64,000 bases of DNA from an uncultured Clostridia bacterium (GCA_947625485.1 CANQOP010000007.1:9330-73329), one strand, 5' to 3'; shown: positions 10,626 to 20,070, counted from the first letter of the stretch. The notes: generated by a model not told the origin, from the letters alone. Program-made: numbers and translations.

Positions 10626-12998
10626 TTGAAGAAGAAAATTACAAGCATTGTACTGGTATTCTGTATGGTTTTTTCCGCGTTTACGTTTGGAAACCTTTCG
10701 GCGGTAGCGGTCGGAACTGACGCGCAAACCACGGGTGCAAGCAGCACGGGACCGCAGAAATCCATTCAAGGCAGTGCGATTTTGCACTGCTTCGATTGGT
10801 CGTACAATTCAATCAAAGTCAATCTCAAGGCAATTGCCGATGCAGGCTACACTGCGGTGCAGACCTCCCCTGTTCAGCCCCCGAAGGACTATAACTCGGG
10901 CTGGAGAGATCAGGGCGGTCAGTGGTGGAAGCTATATCAGCCGCTCGGAATCAGAATTGCAGAGAACAATCAAACATGGCTCGGCGGTAAAAACGAGCTG
11001 AAATCCCTGTGCACCGAGGCCGACAAATACGGTATCAAGGTAATTGTCGATATTGTCGCAAACCACCTTGCTAACAAGAACACCGGCGGAGGATTTAACA
11101 ATCTTAACGACGGCGTGGACAGTGATTTAAAGCGAAGCGAATATTACCATACTGAGGATTACGGCGCAGGTGACGGCAACCGCTACTCAATGACTCACGG
11201 TCATATCGGGCAGCCCGACCTTAACACGGGAAATTCCTATATTCAAAACAAATACAAACAGCTCCTCATTGATTGTATCAATCAAGGCGTAGACGGTTTC
11301 CGTTTCGACGCTGCTAAGCATATTGAACTTCCTAATGAGGACGGCGGGAGTAATTTCTGGCCTACGGTTCTCAACGGTGCATCCTCCAGTACAAAAAATG
11401 AAATTTACTACTACGGCGAGATTCTTAACACCGCAAGCACAGACATCAGCAACTACACGAAATATATGAGTGTAACCGATAACAAAACGAGTGACTCAAA
11501 ACTCGCTGCGGCAAACAACAAAAATGCCTCGGGTCTTGCGGATTCGTCCTATAAATTAGGCGGAACAGCTAACAAAGCCGTACTATGGTGCGAATCGCAC
11601 GATACCTATATGGGTGATTCGGGCTCTGCTGACGGTCTCAAAAACACAAAAAACGTATCAGATGCCACGATTGTAAAAACCTGGGCAATTGTCGGCGCAA
11701 GAGCGGACTCTTCTGCTCTCTTCTTCGCACGTCCTGCGAATAATATGGGCGACCCAAGCTCCAACACAACATGGAAGAGCAAGGAAGTAAGCGAGGTCAA
11801 TAAATTTAAAAACTACTTTGCCGGTCAGAATGAGTCCGTCTCCTCTGAGGGCGACTCCGCTTACGTTGAGCGCGGAACATCCGGCGTAGTTATAAGTAAA
11901 ATGGGCGGCGGCGGTTCCGTTTCGCTTTCGGCTCATAAAATCAAGGACGGCACTTATACCGACCACGTATCCGGCGGAACATTCAAAGTATCAGGCGGAA
12001 GAATCAGCGGTAACGTCGGCTCTTCGGGTGTTGCTGTTGTGTACAATGAAGGTCCTGTAGGTCCAACAGCTTCCGTTACACCCGGCTCTCAGACTTATAC
12101 AGATACACTTGAGCTTACACTCAAATATGAAAACGCAACAGCAGGTCAGTATTCCATTGACGGCGGGGCGTATCAGAATTACACGAACGGTCAGAAGATA
12201 ACAATCGGTCAGGGCGTTGAATACGGTGCTGTTACAACGGTAAGCGTTAAGGCATCAAGCGGAACCGTACAGTCCGATGTACAGACATACACCTACACAA
12301 AGGTTGACCCCAATCAGACACAAAAGGTCTACTTTGACAACTCATCATACAACTGGTCAAGGGTTTACGCTTACATTTACGTTGATGAAAGCAACCGAAA
12401 CGGTGAATGGCCGGGACAGGAAATGCAGTACGACAGTTCGCTTAACCTTTACTTCCTCGAAATTCCGGAGAACCTGACCAATGCAAATGTAATCTTTACC
12501 GAAGACACAAACGCGGGAGACCACCGCTATCCCGGAGACGGCGAGCCGGGTATGCCCCTCGGCGGGAAAAGTATGATATTTAGGGCTAATCACGAGTGGA
12601 GCGAGTATGTTCCTCCCGTTAAGCCTCAACCTACAACTACACCGACCACTACGCCCACAACTACACCAACCACTGCGCCAACGACAACTCCCCCAATCCC
12701 TACATCACCTTCGACGCAGCCGCCCACGCCTTCGTCACAGCCTACTCCGGGCACCACAGCACCCTTGAATGTTTACGGTATTTACGGCGACGCTAACTGT
12801 GACGGATATATAGATATAACGGACGTTACAGTAATCCAGAAGCACCTTGCTTCCCTAGGAAGGCTTACAAACAAGGGTTATGTTCTTTCCGACGTTGACG
12901 GAAACAATTCATTAAGCATTAAGGACGCTACCTATATTCAGATGTACGGTATCAATATGAGCGACACTAAGAATGTAGGTAAACCGTACTACATCTAA
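10626..12998 (+). CDS. Secreted GH13 alpha-amylase with CBM26-like starch-binding module, Pro/Thr linker and C-terminal dockerin
   Basis: Signal peptide; catalytic GFRFDAAKH, YGEIL, ESHD; KVYFDNS..W..VYAY CBM motif; PTTT repeats; duplicated DxNxDG/DVDGN dockerin loops. TTG start at 10626 chosen for spacing from AGGAG. Confidence 0.92.
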   Translation: MKKKITSIVLVFCMVFSAFTFGNLSAVAVGTDAQTTGASSTGPQKSIQGSAILHCFDWSYNSIKVNLKAIADAGYTAVQTSPVQPPKDYNSGWRDQGGQWWKLYQPLGIRIAENNQTWLGGKNELKSLCTEADKYGIKVIVDIVANHLANKNTGGGFNNLNDGVDSDLKRSEYYHTEDYGAGDGNRYSMTHGHIGQPDLNTGNSYIQNKYKQLLIDCINQGVDGFRFDAAKHIELPNEDGGSNFWPTVLNGASSSTKNEIYYYGEILNTASTDISNYTKYMSVTDNKTSDSKLAAANNKNASGLADSSYKLGGTANKAVLWCESHDTYMGDSGSADGLKNTKNVSDATIVKTWAIVGARADSSALFFARPANNMGDPSSNTTWKSKEVSEVNKFKNYFAGQNESVSSEGDSAYVERGTSGVVISKMGGGGSVSLSAHKIKDGTYTDHVSGGTFKVSGGRISGNVGSSGVAVVYNEGPVGPTASVTPGSQTYTDTLELTLKYENATAGQYSIDGGAYQNYTNGQKITIGQGVEYGAVTTVSVKASSGTVQSDVQTYTYTKVDPNQTQKVYFDNSSYNWSRVYAYIYVDESNRNGEWPGQEMQYDSSLNLYFLEIPENLTNANVIFTEDTNAGDHRYPGDGEPGMPLGGKSMIFRANHEWSEYVPPVKPQPTTTPTTTPTTTPTTAPTTTPPIPTSPSTQPPTPSSQPTPGTTAPLNVYGIYGDANCDGYIDITDVTVIQKHLASLGRLTNKGYVLSDVDGNNSLSIKDATYIQMYGINMSDTKNVGKPYYI

Positions 12999-13158
12999 AA
13001 TTTTAACAACCGCATAACTATACTGTTGCTAACATTATAGAGATATACAAAGCCTGCGCTGTTTTGCGTAGGCTTTTATCTTTACATTCGTGTTCTAAAC
13101 TGCAACAAAAGAGCCGACCTTACAGTCGGCTCTTCGGTAGAATGACTAAATAATTTAA

Positions 13159-13470
13159 TTAAACAAATTTTACTGCTGTACCCGAAGCGAGAATCTCGGC
13201 AGCTCCGCCCATAATAGACGCGCTGGAGAAACGAACATTTACTACGGCGTCAGCTCCGAGAGTCTCCGCCTGCTGCATCATTCTCTGCAATGCAACCTCA
13301 CGCGCTTCGGCGAGCATTTTTGTGTAGGAAACAAGCTCTCCGCCTACCATAGACTTAAAACCGGCGCCAATATCTTTAAAAGTGTTCTTTGACTGAACCG
13401 TGTTTCCGTTTACGAGCCCGAGCGTCTGTAAAGCCTGACCCTCGATTGTGGGTGTATTTACTATTACCAT
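13159..13470 (-). CDS. YbjQ/UPF0145 family protein
   Basis: GGEL..YTKML.EAR..AL.RM and GADAVVNVRF motifs. Confidence 0.9.
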   Translation of the reverse strand: MVIVNTPTIEGQALQTLGLVNGNTVQSKNTFKDIGAGFKSMVGGELVSYTKMLAEAREVALQRMMQQAETLGADAVVNVRFSSASIMGGAAEILASGTAVKFV

Positions 13471-13626
13471 TATAAAACCTCCTTAGTAATATAGTCCAAT
13501 TATATAACATATTTAGCTGATATGCAATATAATTCATAATAAATCACATTACGAAGCAAAAGGCGGCTGTCCTACAGGACACCCGCCTTAATATATTCAA
13601 CTTACTTTAAAAGAAGCGGGTTTTTA

Positions 13627-15003
<1,377 letters not shown>

Positions 15004-15176
15004 TTAGTACTTTAATATGATAACATATAACATTAAAAATTGCAAGTTTTTTTTACAGAATTTCAGTTTTTTATAAAATTTGTACTTTTTTTGTCGTAAT
15101 TTGCATATTTCGTTGAATTGTTCCTGCACTATTAGTTGATTTTGCAGTACTAGCCTAACAGCATACGGCAATAATT

Positions 15177-15662
15177 TTAACCGTACATAACTATATCCGC
15201 CGTTTCGGCGCCGATAAGTCTTATAAGCTCACGCGGATCAGCCTTGATTTGAAAACCTATTTTGCCCGCGCTTATATAAATTTCGTCAAAATCAAAAGCG
15301 GTCACATCTATCACAGTCTTAAAGCTTGCTTTCATTCCTATCGGGGAAACATTACCGCGCGCGTATCCGCAGATTTTTACGAGATCCTTAACAGCGGTCA
15401 TCTCAATACTCTTCTCTCCAACCGATTTCGCCGCTTTTTTGAGATCGAGGTGAGAGTTTACGGGAATATCGAACACATAGAATTCGCCCGATTTGCCCTT
15501 AGCAACCAAAGTTTTGAACACCTGAGACGGGTTCTGTCCCATAAGCGCCGCGACCTCATTGCCCTCCACTGCCTCCTTACCGTGAGGATACTCGAACACT
15601 TCGTATTTTATTTTTGCCTTATCAAGTATCCGCATAACATTCGTCTTTATACTTTTAGCCAT
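15177..15662 (-). CDS. ybaK: Cys-tRNA(Pro) deacylase
   Basis: KTNVMRILD, VFKTLV, GY.RG.VSPIG, ISAGK.G motifs. Confidence 0.9.
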   Translation of the reverse strand: MAKSIKTNVMRILDKAKIKYEVFEYPHGKEAVEGNEVAALMGQNPSQVFKTLVAKGKSGEFYVFDIPVNSHLDLKKAAKSVGEKSIEMTAVKDLVKICGYARGNVSPIGMKASFKTVIDVTAFDFDEIYISAGKIGFQIKADPRELIRLIGAETADIVMYG

Positions 15663-15764
15663 TTATATCACCTTTTTATTTTGATTATTAAAATTATAGC
15701 AAAACTACCCACCTACATGCAAGAGGCGGGTAGTGACAATGGGATTATAAAATGGGTAATCCGT

Positions 15765-17063
15765 TTATTTGATTGCGTCGAATGCTTCCTGTAAATCGAA
15801 GAGAATATCGTCGATGTGCTCTGTTCCTACTGAAAGGCGAATTGTGTTCGGCTTAATTCCCTGCTCAATAAGCTCGTCTCCTGTGAGCTGGCTGTGAGTT
15901 GTTGACGCCGGATGGATAGCCAACGACTTAACGTCGGCAACATTTGCAAGAAGTGAAAACACTTGCAGATTATCGATAAACTTCTTGGCTTTCTCCTCGT
16001 CACCCTTTATCTCAAAGGTGAATATTGAGCCTCCTCCATTCGGAAAGTATTTCTTATAAAGCTCAGAGTAACCTGAGTCTTCAAGGGACGGATGATTGAC
16101 GCGCTCGACCTGTGGGTGGTTTGAAAGAAACTCAACAACCTTAGCGGTATTGTAAGCGTGTCTCTCTACGCGCAGTGAGAGAGTCTCAAGTCCCTGCAAA
16201 AAGATAAACGCGTGAAACGGAGAAAGCGTTGCTCCCGTGTCGCGGAGAAGGATTGCACGGATATATGTAACAAACGCGGCTCCCGGAGCAGCATCTGTGA
16301 ATATCGCTCCGTGATATGACGGGTTCGGCTCTGAGAACTGCGAAAATTTTCCGCTTGCAGTCCAATCAAACTTGCCGCTCTCAATAATTACGCCGCCTAT
16401 AGCCGTGCCGTGACCGCCGATAAACTTTGTAGCGGAATGAACTACAATGTCCGCGCCGTACTCGATAGGTCTTAGAAGATAAGGAGTCGCGAAAGTACTG
16501 TCCACAACGAGGGGAATATTGTGTTTATGTGCAACAGCCGCAACTTTCTCTATATCAATGATATTCGAGTTTGGATTGCCAAGGGTCTCGATGTAAACAG
16601 CTTTAGTGTTCTCGTCTATAGCCGACTCAAAAGCGCCCTCCTCGTCGGGATCAACAAATTTAGTTGTTATGCCGTAGTTCGGAAGCGTGTGCTCAAAAAG
16701 ATTGTAACTTCCGCCGTATATGGTCTTAGCAGATACAATATTGTCTCCTGCGTTTGCAAGAGCCTGAATCGTATAGGTAACGGCGGCAGCTCCCGACGCT
16801 ACTGCAAGCGCAGCAGAGCCACCCTCGAGAGCGGCGATACGCTCCTCAAATACGCTTTGAGTCGGGTTAGTAAGTCTGCCGTAAATATTCCCCGCGTCAC
16901 GGAGACTAAAACGGTCAGCCGCGTGCTGACTGTTGCGGAACACATAGGAAGTGGTGGCGTAAATCGGAACGGCACGAGCGTCAGTAACGGGGTCGGCCTG
17001 TTCCTGACCTACGTGAAGCTGTAATGTTTCAAATTTTAAATTTCTTTCTTTTAAAGTACTCAT
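15765..17063 (-). CDS. metY: O-acetylhomoserine aminocarboxypropyltransferase / sulfhydrylase
   Basis: IYGRLTNPT, PLP lysine motif HSATKFIGGHG, NVAD.KSL.IHPASTTH. Real start is ATG 17063 (MSTLKER); the 5' extension of the listed ORF is non-coding-like. Confidence 0.92.
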   Translation of the reverse strand: MSTLKERNLKFETLQLHVGQEQADPVTDARAVPIYATTSYVFRNSQHAADRFSLRDAGNIYGRLTNPTQSVFEERIAALEGGSAALAVASGAAAVTYTIQALANAGDNIVSAKTIYGGSYNLFEHTLPNYGITTKFVDPDEEGAFESAIDENTKAVYIETLGNPNSNIIDIEKVAAVAHKHNIPLVVDSTFATPYLLRPIEYGADIVVHSATKFIGGHGTAIGGVIIESGKFDWTASGKFSQFSEPNPSYHGAIFTDAAPGAAFVTYIRAILLRDTGATLSPFHAFIFLQGLETLSLRVERHAYNTAKVVEFLSNHPQVERVNHPSLEDSGYSELYKKYFPNGGGSIFTFEIKGDEEKAKKFIDNLQVFSLLANVADVKSLAIHPASTTHSQLTGDELIEQGIKPNTIRLSVGTEHIDDILFDLQEAFDAIK

Positions 17064-17208
17064 TGTAATACCTCTTTCATAAAACATTTTTAATGTACTG
17101 ATTTTGTTCTGATTTTGTGCTTTTGTGTGAATTTCAATTTCACATTCGCACAGTATTACAACATCGTTCATTGAGTAAAAACATACTCTCAAAACCTTTC
17201 CTATTTTG

Positions 17209-17225
17209 CCTATAGATTTTATAGG
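17209..17225. promoter_or_regulatory. Palindromic operator just downstream of the metY promoter (possible Rrf2/CymR-like site)
   Basis: CCTATA-N5-TATAGG, downstream of a minus-strand TTGACA at about 17265-17270. The regulator identity is an inference. Confidence 0.45.
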
Positions 17226-17392
17226 TTTTATTTTCTGGATATATAATACCATAATTTTCAGATTTGTCAATACCAATTTTAAAATTTTTATAAGACGCAC
17301 AGTAAAAACATATGAAACTTCGTGCACAACAAATATTATTTACATATGTTATTAATATTTCCTATTCGACAAAACATTACACTAATTAACCC

Positions 17393-17421
17393 TTGACAAA
17401 CCCGCAATAACGCGCTATAAT
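17393..17421 (+). promoter_or_regulatory. SigA promoter of tRNA-fMet
   Basis: Perfect TTGACA-N17-TATAAT. Confidence 0.85.
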
Positions 17422-17450
17422 GTAAAAGCTGAATACGACAGCGCAGATAT

Positions 17451-17526
<76 letters not shown>

Positions 17527-17533
17527 GTTCTAT

Positions 17534-17579
17534 TGTAGAGTAGGTTTTGTAATTCAAAAAATTGCAAAACCTACCCTGC
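17534..17579 (+). terminator. Long hairpin terminator after tRNA-fMet
   Basis: 21-bp stem with one mismatch and G-T wobbles, loop CAAA. Confidence 0.75.
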
Positions 17580-17639
17580 AAAAAATTTTTTAATATTATT
17601 TACCTTATAGGGTAGTAATATATTTGATTGGGTTTTTGT

Positions 17640-17850
17640 ATCGTTCCCCATTCAGCAACGCCGGATAGTCAACCAACCTATCCGTACTCTCCTCACAACG
17701 TCTCCCGACATGATGAGTGAGTTGTCGATGTAGTTACAAACAAGATTATCCCCTAATCTCAATAAATCTTGCAGAGTGGATAAGGCTCTTATCCATACGG
17801 AAGTTAGCTACAGAATAGGTCGGCTCGCTACTCCTATGCTGGCACATAGG
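17640..17850. ncRNA. Candidate multi-hairpin structured RNA of unknown class
   Basis: At least five short inverted-repeat stems in about 210 nt of GC-richer, ORF-free sequence inside an AT-rich island. Confidence 0.3.
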
Positions 17851-17987
17851 TTAAGTTTTTAAATTCTTAGTTTAAAGATTACGGCGAAACTATTATCCGC
17901 AGGCTGGATATATTCGATACAAATATCCTATTCAGTTGTAAATTTATAAAAAGTAAGACCTGCGCCGCAGGTAAACAGTACAGGTCT

Positions 17988-18150
17988 TGACAAATCTATC
18001 AAAAACACTTAGAATTAAGTGCAATTGGAGCTTCACAAGTCGAGTGCTCTTTACTCGGCGCAAGCTCATAAGTTGTTGGTCGCAGCTTATGGGCTGTGGG
18101 GCTTATTTTCTATATATTTAAATTATATACCATATATATAGATTTGTCAA
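17988..18150. ncRNA. Convergent sense/antisense small-RNA pair
   Basis: Plus-strand TTGACA-N17-TAGAAT (17988-18016) and minus-strand TTGACA-N17-TATAAT (18150-18122) face each other across two hairpins. Confidence 0.45.
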
Positions 18151-18182
18151 TATATGGAAAATTATATTTTTAAAAAATATCA

Positions 18183-18218
18183 AAAAAATAGCAGGTGTCC
18201 CTCGGAGGGACACCTGCT
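18183..18218 (-). terminator. Terminator after toxN
   Basis: AGCAGGTGTCCCTC-c-GAGGGACACCTGCT followed by a T-run on the minus strand, immediately after the stop. Confidence 0.8.
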
Positions 18219-18224
18219 TAACTT

Positions 18225-18830
18225 TTACGATAAACCGCCAAAACCTTGACCGCCTAAATTTTGAGAGCCGATATTCGGAATTTCGTTTGGCTGAATAGGT
18301 TCACTTGTTTGTGCATTTGGTTGTTGTTTATGAGCTTGATAATAATCTACAGACTTTGCTTCCAACAGCAAGAAATTACAACAACGATTTTTTAAATTAA
18401 AATTAGCTGAACCATCTGATATTTTTTGATATAAATTGCGAGCTTTATTTAAAATGTAGTCTTTTTTAGAATTGCACCACGTCAACTGATTGTTAAGGAG
18501 ATTTCTATACATATCATTATCATAACTTCTATGAAGGTCATTAGGATTAACCTTTGTTGCCAGTTCAGGAGCAATAGGTATCATATTGTTAAGATTTATC
18601 GCACCCCATACCCCACCATTTATTTTTATAAAATCAATTTGATTTTTCATTTTTAAGTGCTTAGGTTTTGGAGAAGATAACGGTGCATAATATGTATGTC
18701 TATTCACTTCAAGTAATACGCCCAAGAACGGACGAGTGCTTTTCTGTTGCATTGTATAAGGCACACATTTATCAAATTGCCTTAAATAATCGCAATAATC
18801 AGAATTAACCGTATAAAATGATAAACTCAT
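18225..18830 (-). CDS. toxN: Type III toxin-antitoxin endoribonuclease, ToxN/AbiQ family
   Basis: FYTVNSDYCDYLRQFD..VP, RPFLGVLL, YYAPLSSPKPKH, INLNNMIPI motifs; preceded by a terminator and tandem repeats; ATG at 18830. Confidence 0.92.
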   Translation of the reverse strand: MSLSFYTVNSDYCDYLRQFDKCVPYTMQQKSTRPFLGVLLEVNRHTYYAPLSSPKPKHLKMKNQIDFIKINGGVWGAINLNNMIPIAPELATKVNPNDLHRSYDNDMYRNLLNNQLTWCNSKKDYILNKARNLYQKISDGSANFNLKNRCCNFLLLEAKSVDYYQAHKQQPNAQTSEPIQPNEIPNIGSQNLGGQGFGGLS

Positions 18831-18843
18831 ATAAAATCCTTTC

Positions 18844-18880
18844 AAAAAAAGGAAACGGGACTGATAAGCTCAGCCCCGTA
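18844..18880 (-). terminator. Terminator between toxI and toxN
   Basis: CGGGGCTGA...TCAGTCCCG followed by TTTCCTTTTTTT on the minus strand; canonical position for type III TA. Confidence 0.85.
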
Positions 18881-18994
18881 CTTTTTTAGTTCCCACTTAT
18901 TGGTAGGGTACACCGCTTTTTTAGCTCCCACTTATTGGTAGGGTACACCGCTTTTTTAGCTCCCACTTATTGGTAGGGTACACCGCTTTTTAAG
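18881..18994 (-). ncRNA. toxI: ToxI antitoxin array: three 35-nt repeats plus a short partial
   Basis: Units at 18881, 18916 and 18951. RNA GGUGUACCCUACCAAUAAGUGGGAGCUAAAAAAGC can form an H-type pseudoknot (GGU/ACC, CCC/GGG). Confidence 0.92.
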
Positions 18995-18996
18995 TG

Positions 18997-19049
18997 TAGG
19001 GATTACTCCCTTCATTTATTATTATACTCAAAAATAAAAATATGTCAAT
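18997..19049 (-). promoter_or_regulatory. toxIN promoter and leader, copy A
   Basis: TTGACA-N16-TATAAT followed by an AGGGA-gtaa-TCCCT hairpin. Confidence 0.85.
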
Positions 19050-19064
19050 TAAGATTGAGTAAAA

Positions 19065-19172
19065 TTATAATTTATTAATTAAATGTTTATCATTGTCCCT
19101 CCGAGGGACATCTGCTTCTTGGAGATATTCTATGTAATCATTCGAAACATTATAGAATTTTAGTTTATCCAT
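19065..19172 (-). pseudogene. Truncated second ToxN-family toxin (35 codons)
   Basis: AGGAG RBS, then MDKLKFYNVSNDYIEYLQEADVP, which matches the ToxN N-terminal FY.V..DY..YL...D pattern; homology is lost at a palindrome and a stop follows. Confidence 0.75.
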
Positions 19173-19188
19173 ATCAAACTCCTAATAC

Positions 19189-19216
19189 AAAAAGGGAACG
19201 GTAATCGTCCCCTTTT
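19189..19216 (-). terminator. Terminator between second antitoxin array and truncated toxin
   Basis: AAAAGGGGACG-atta-cCGTTCCCTTTTT on the minus strand. Confidence 0.75.
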
Positions 19217-19231
19217 CGCTTTCATTATAAT

Positions 19232-19298
19232 CCACATTTAGAGCTGTGGAACACTCTGCATAAATCACCCACATTTAGAGCTGTGGAACACTCTGCAT
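19232..19298 (-). ncRNA. Second type III antitoxin-like array: two 30-nt identical cores, 37-nt period
   Basis: Cores at 19232-19261 and 19269-19298. RNA AGAGU-GUU-CCACA-GCUCU-AAA-UGUGG forms a two-stem H-type pseudoknot. Confidence 0.8.
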
Positions 19299-19351
19299 TA
19301 GGGATTACTCCCTTTATTTATTATTATACTCAAAAATAAAAATATGTCAAT
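19299..19351 (-). promoter_or_regulatory. toxIN promoter and leader, copy B
   Basis: 52 of 53 nt identical to 18997-19049. Confidence 0.85.
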
Positions 19352-19393
19352 GAAATTTAATTGTTAACCCCTTTGCAACCGGTAGAAAACAGC

Positions 19394-19615
19394 TTAAACG
19401 GAGGTTTTAGCTGTTTTCTTTTTTTTATCATCCTGACCATCAAGGATATCCGCATATTCATGATACTTATGCGGTCGTATAGGTCTCTCGAACGGCGGAG
19501 TACTAAAATATAACAGTAAGCACTCCCCTATATTCTTATAATTGCTCACATACTCGTAGCCTACAAGCTCGCCGTTTCTAATTCGCTTTTTAATAGTGTT
19601 GTGGTATGAATACAT
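19394..19615 (-). CDS. Small hypothetical protein (73 aa)
   Basis: Protein-like composition (IGECLLLYFSTPPFERPIRPHKY) and a downstream hairpin GAAAACAGC...GCTGTTTTC. No family recognised with certainty. Confidence 0.6.
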   Translation of the reverse strand: MYSYHNTIKKRIRNGELVGYEYVSNYKNIGECLLLYFSTPPFERPIRPHKYHEYADILDGQDDKKKKTAKTSV

Positions 19616-19914
19616 TGCGATTTCTCTTTTCTCAATTTTTTATTATTAGCATATCAAATAAACGCTGTTATAAACTCTATTTTCTCTGTTTTAGCTTATT
19701 TAAATTCACCTTTTGTAAACAAAACCCATAATTTTAAAAACGTTTTTTGTTGAAAATGCTCAAAAAATGTCTAAATTCGAAAAAGCTGTCACACATTAAA
19801 TTCAAATTTTAATTTATTTTTATATAATTCGACTAATTAGTTACAAAAAGATTACAACGTTTATTTCTTTTTAGGAATATTTTTATGCAAAGTCCCATAA
19901 ATACTGGATTTGTA

Positions 19915-19943
19915 TTGACAGTCGGTTACGAATTTGTTACAAT
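19915..19943 (+). promoter_or_regulatory. SigA promoter of the Ig/peptidase gene
   Basis: TTGACA-N17-TACAAT. Confidence 0.7.
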
Positions 19944-20070
19944 ATGTTCATTGTTTGTGCTCTAATCGAATTAAAACGACCGAAGATGAAAAGCCGCTTT
20001 CCTTTTTCCCCTATAATTTCCCTATAATTATAAGGATTTAAAAATGCGGCCCGACAGATAAGGAGATTTT

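Noticed and set aside
12620-12765. ACTAC/ACCAC-type short repeats in the amylase gene
   Set aside because: They encode an ordinary Pro/Thr linker.
17221-17273. Similarity between the metY promoter and the minus-strand island promoter at 18101-18153 (shared AGATTTGTCAATA)
   Set aside because: Much of the match is the -35 consensus in AT-rich DNA, so chance similarity cannot be excluded.
17064-17327. SAM riboswitch or T-box, or an N-terminal extension, upstream of metY
   Set aside because: No S-box or T-box consensus is visible. The extension is AT-rich promoter DNA, and an RBS precedes ATG 17063.
18881-18994. 35-nt repeats as a CRISPR array
   Set aside because: The repeats are contiguous with no spacers, there are no cas genes, and the position before a terminator and toxN identifies them as ToxI.
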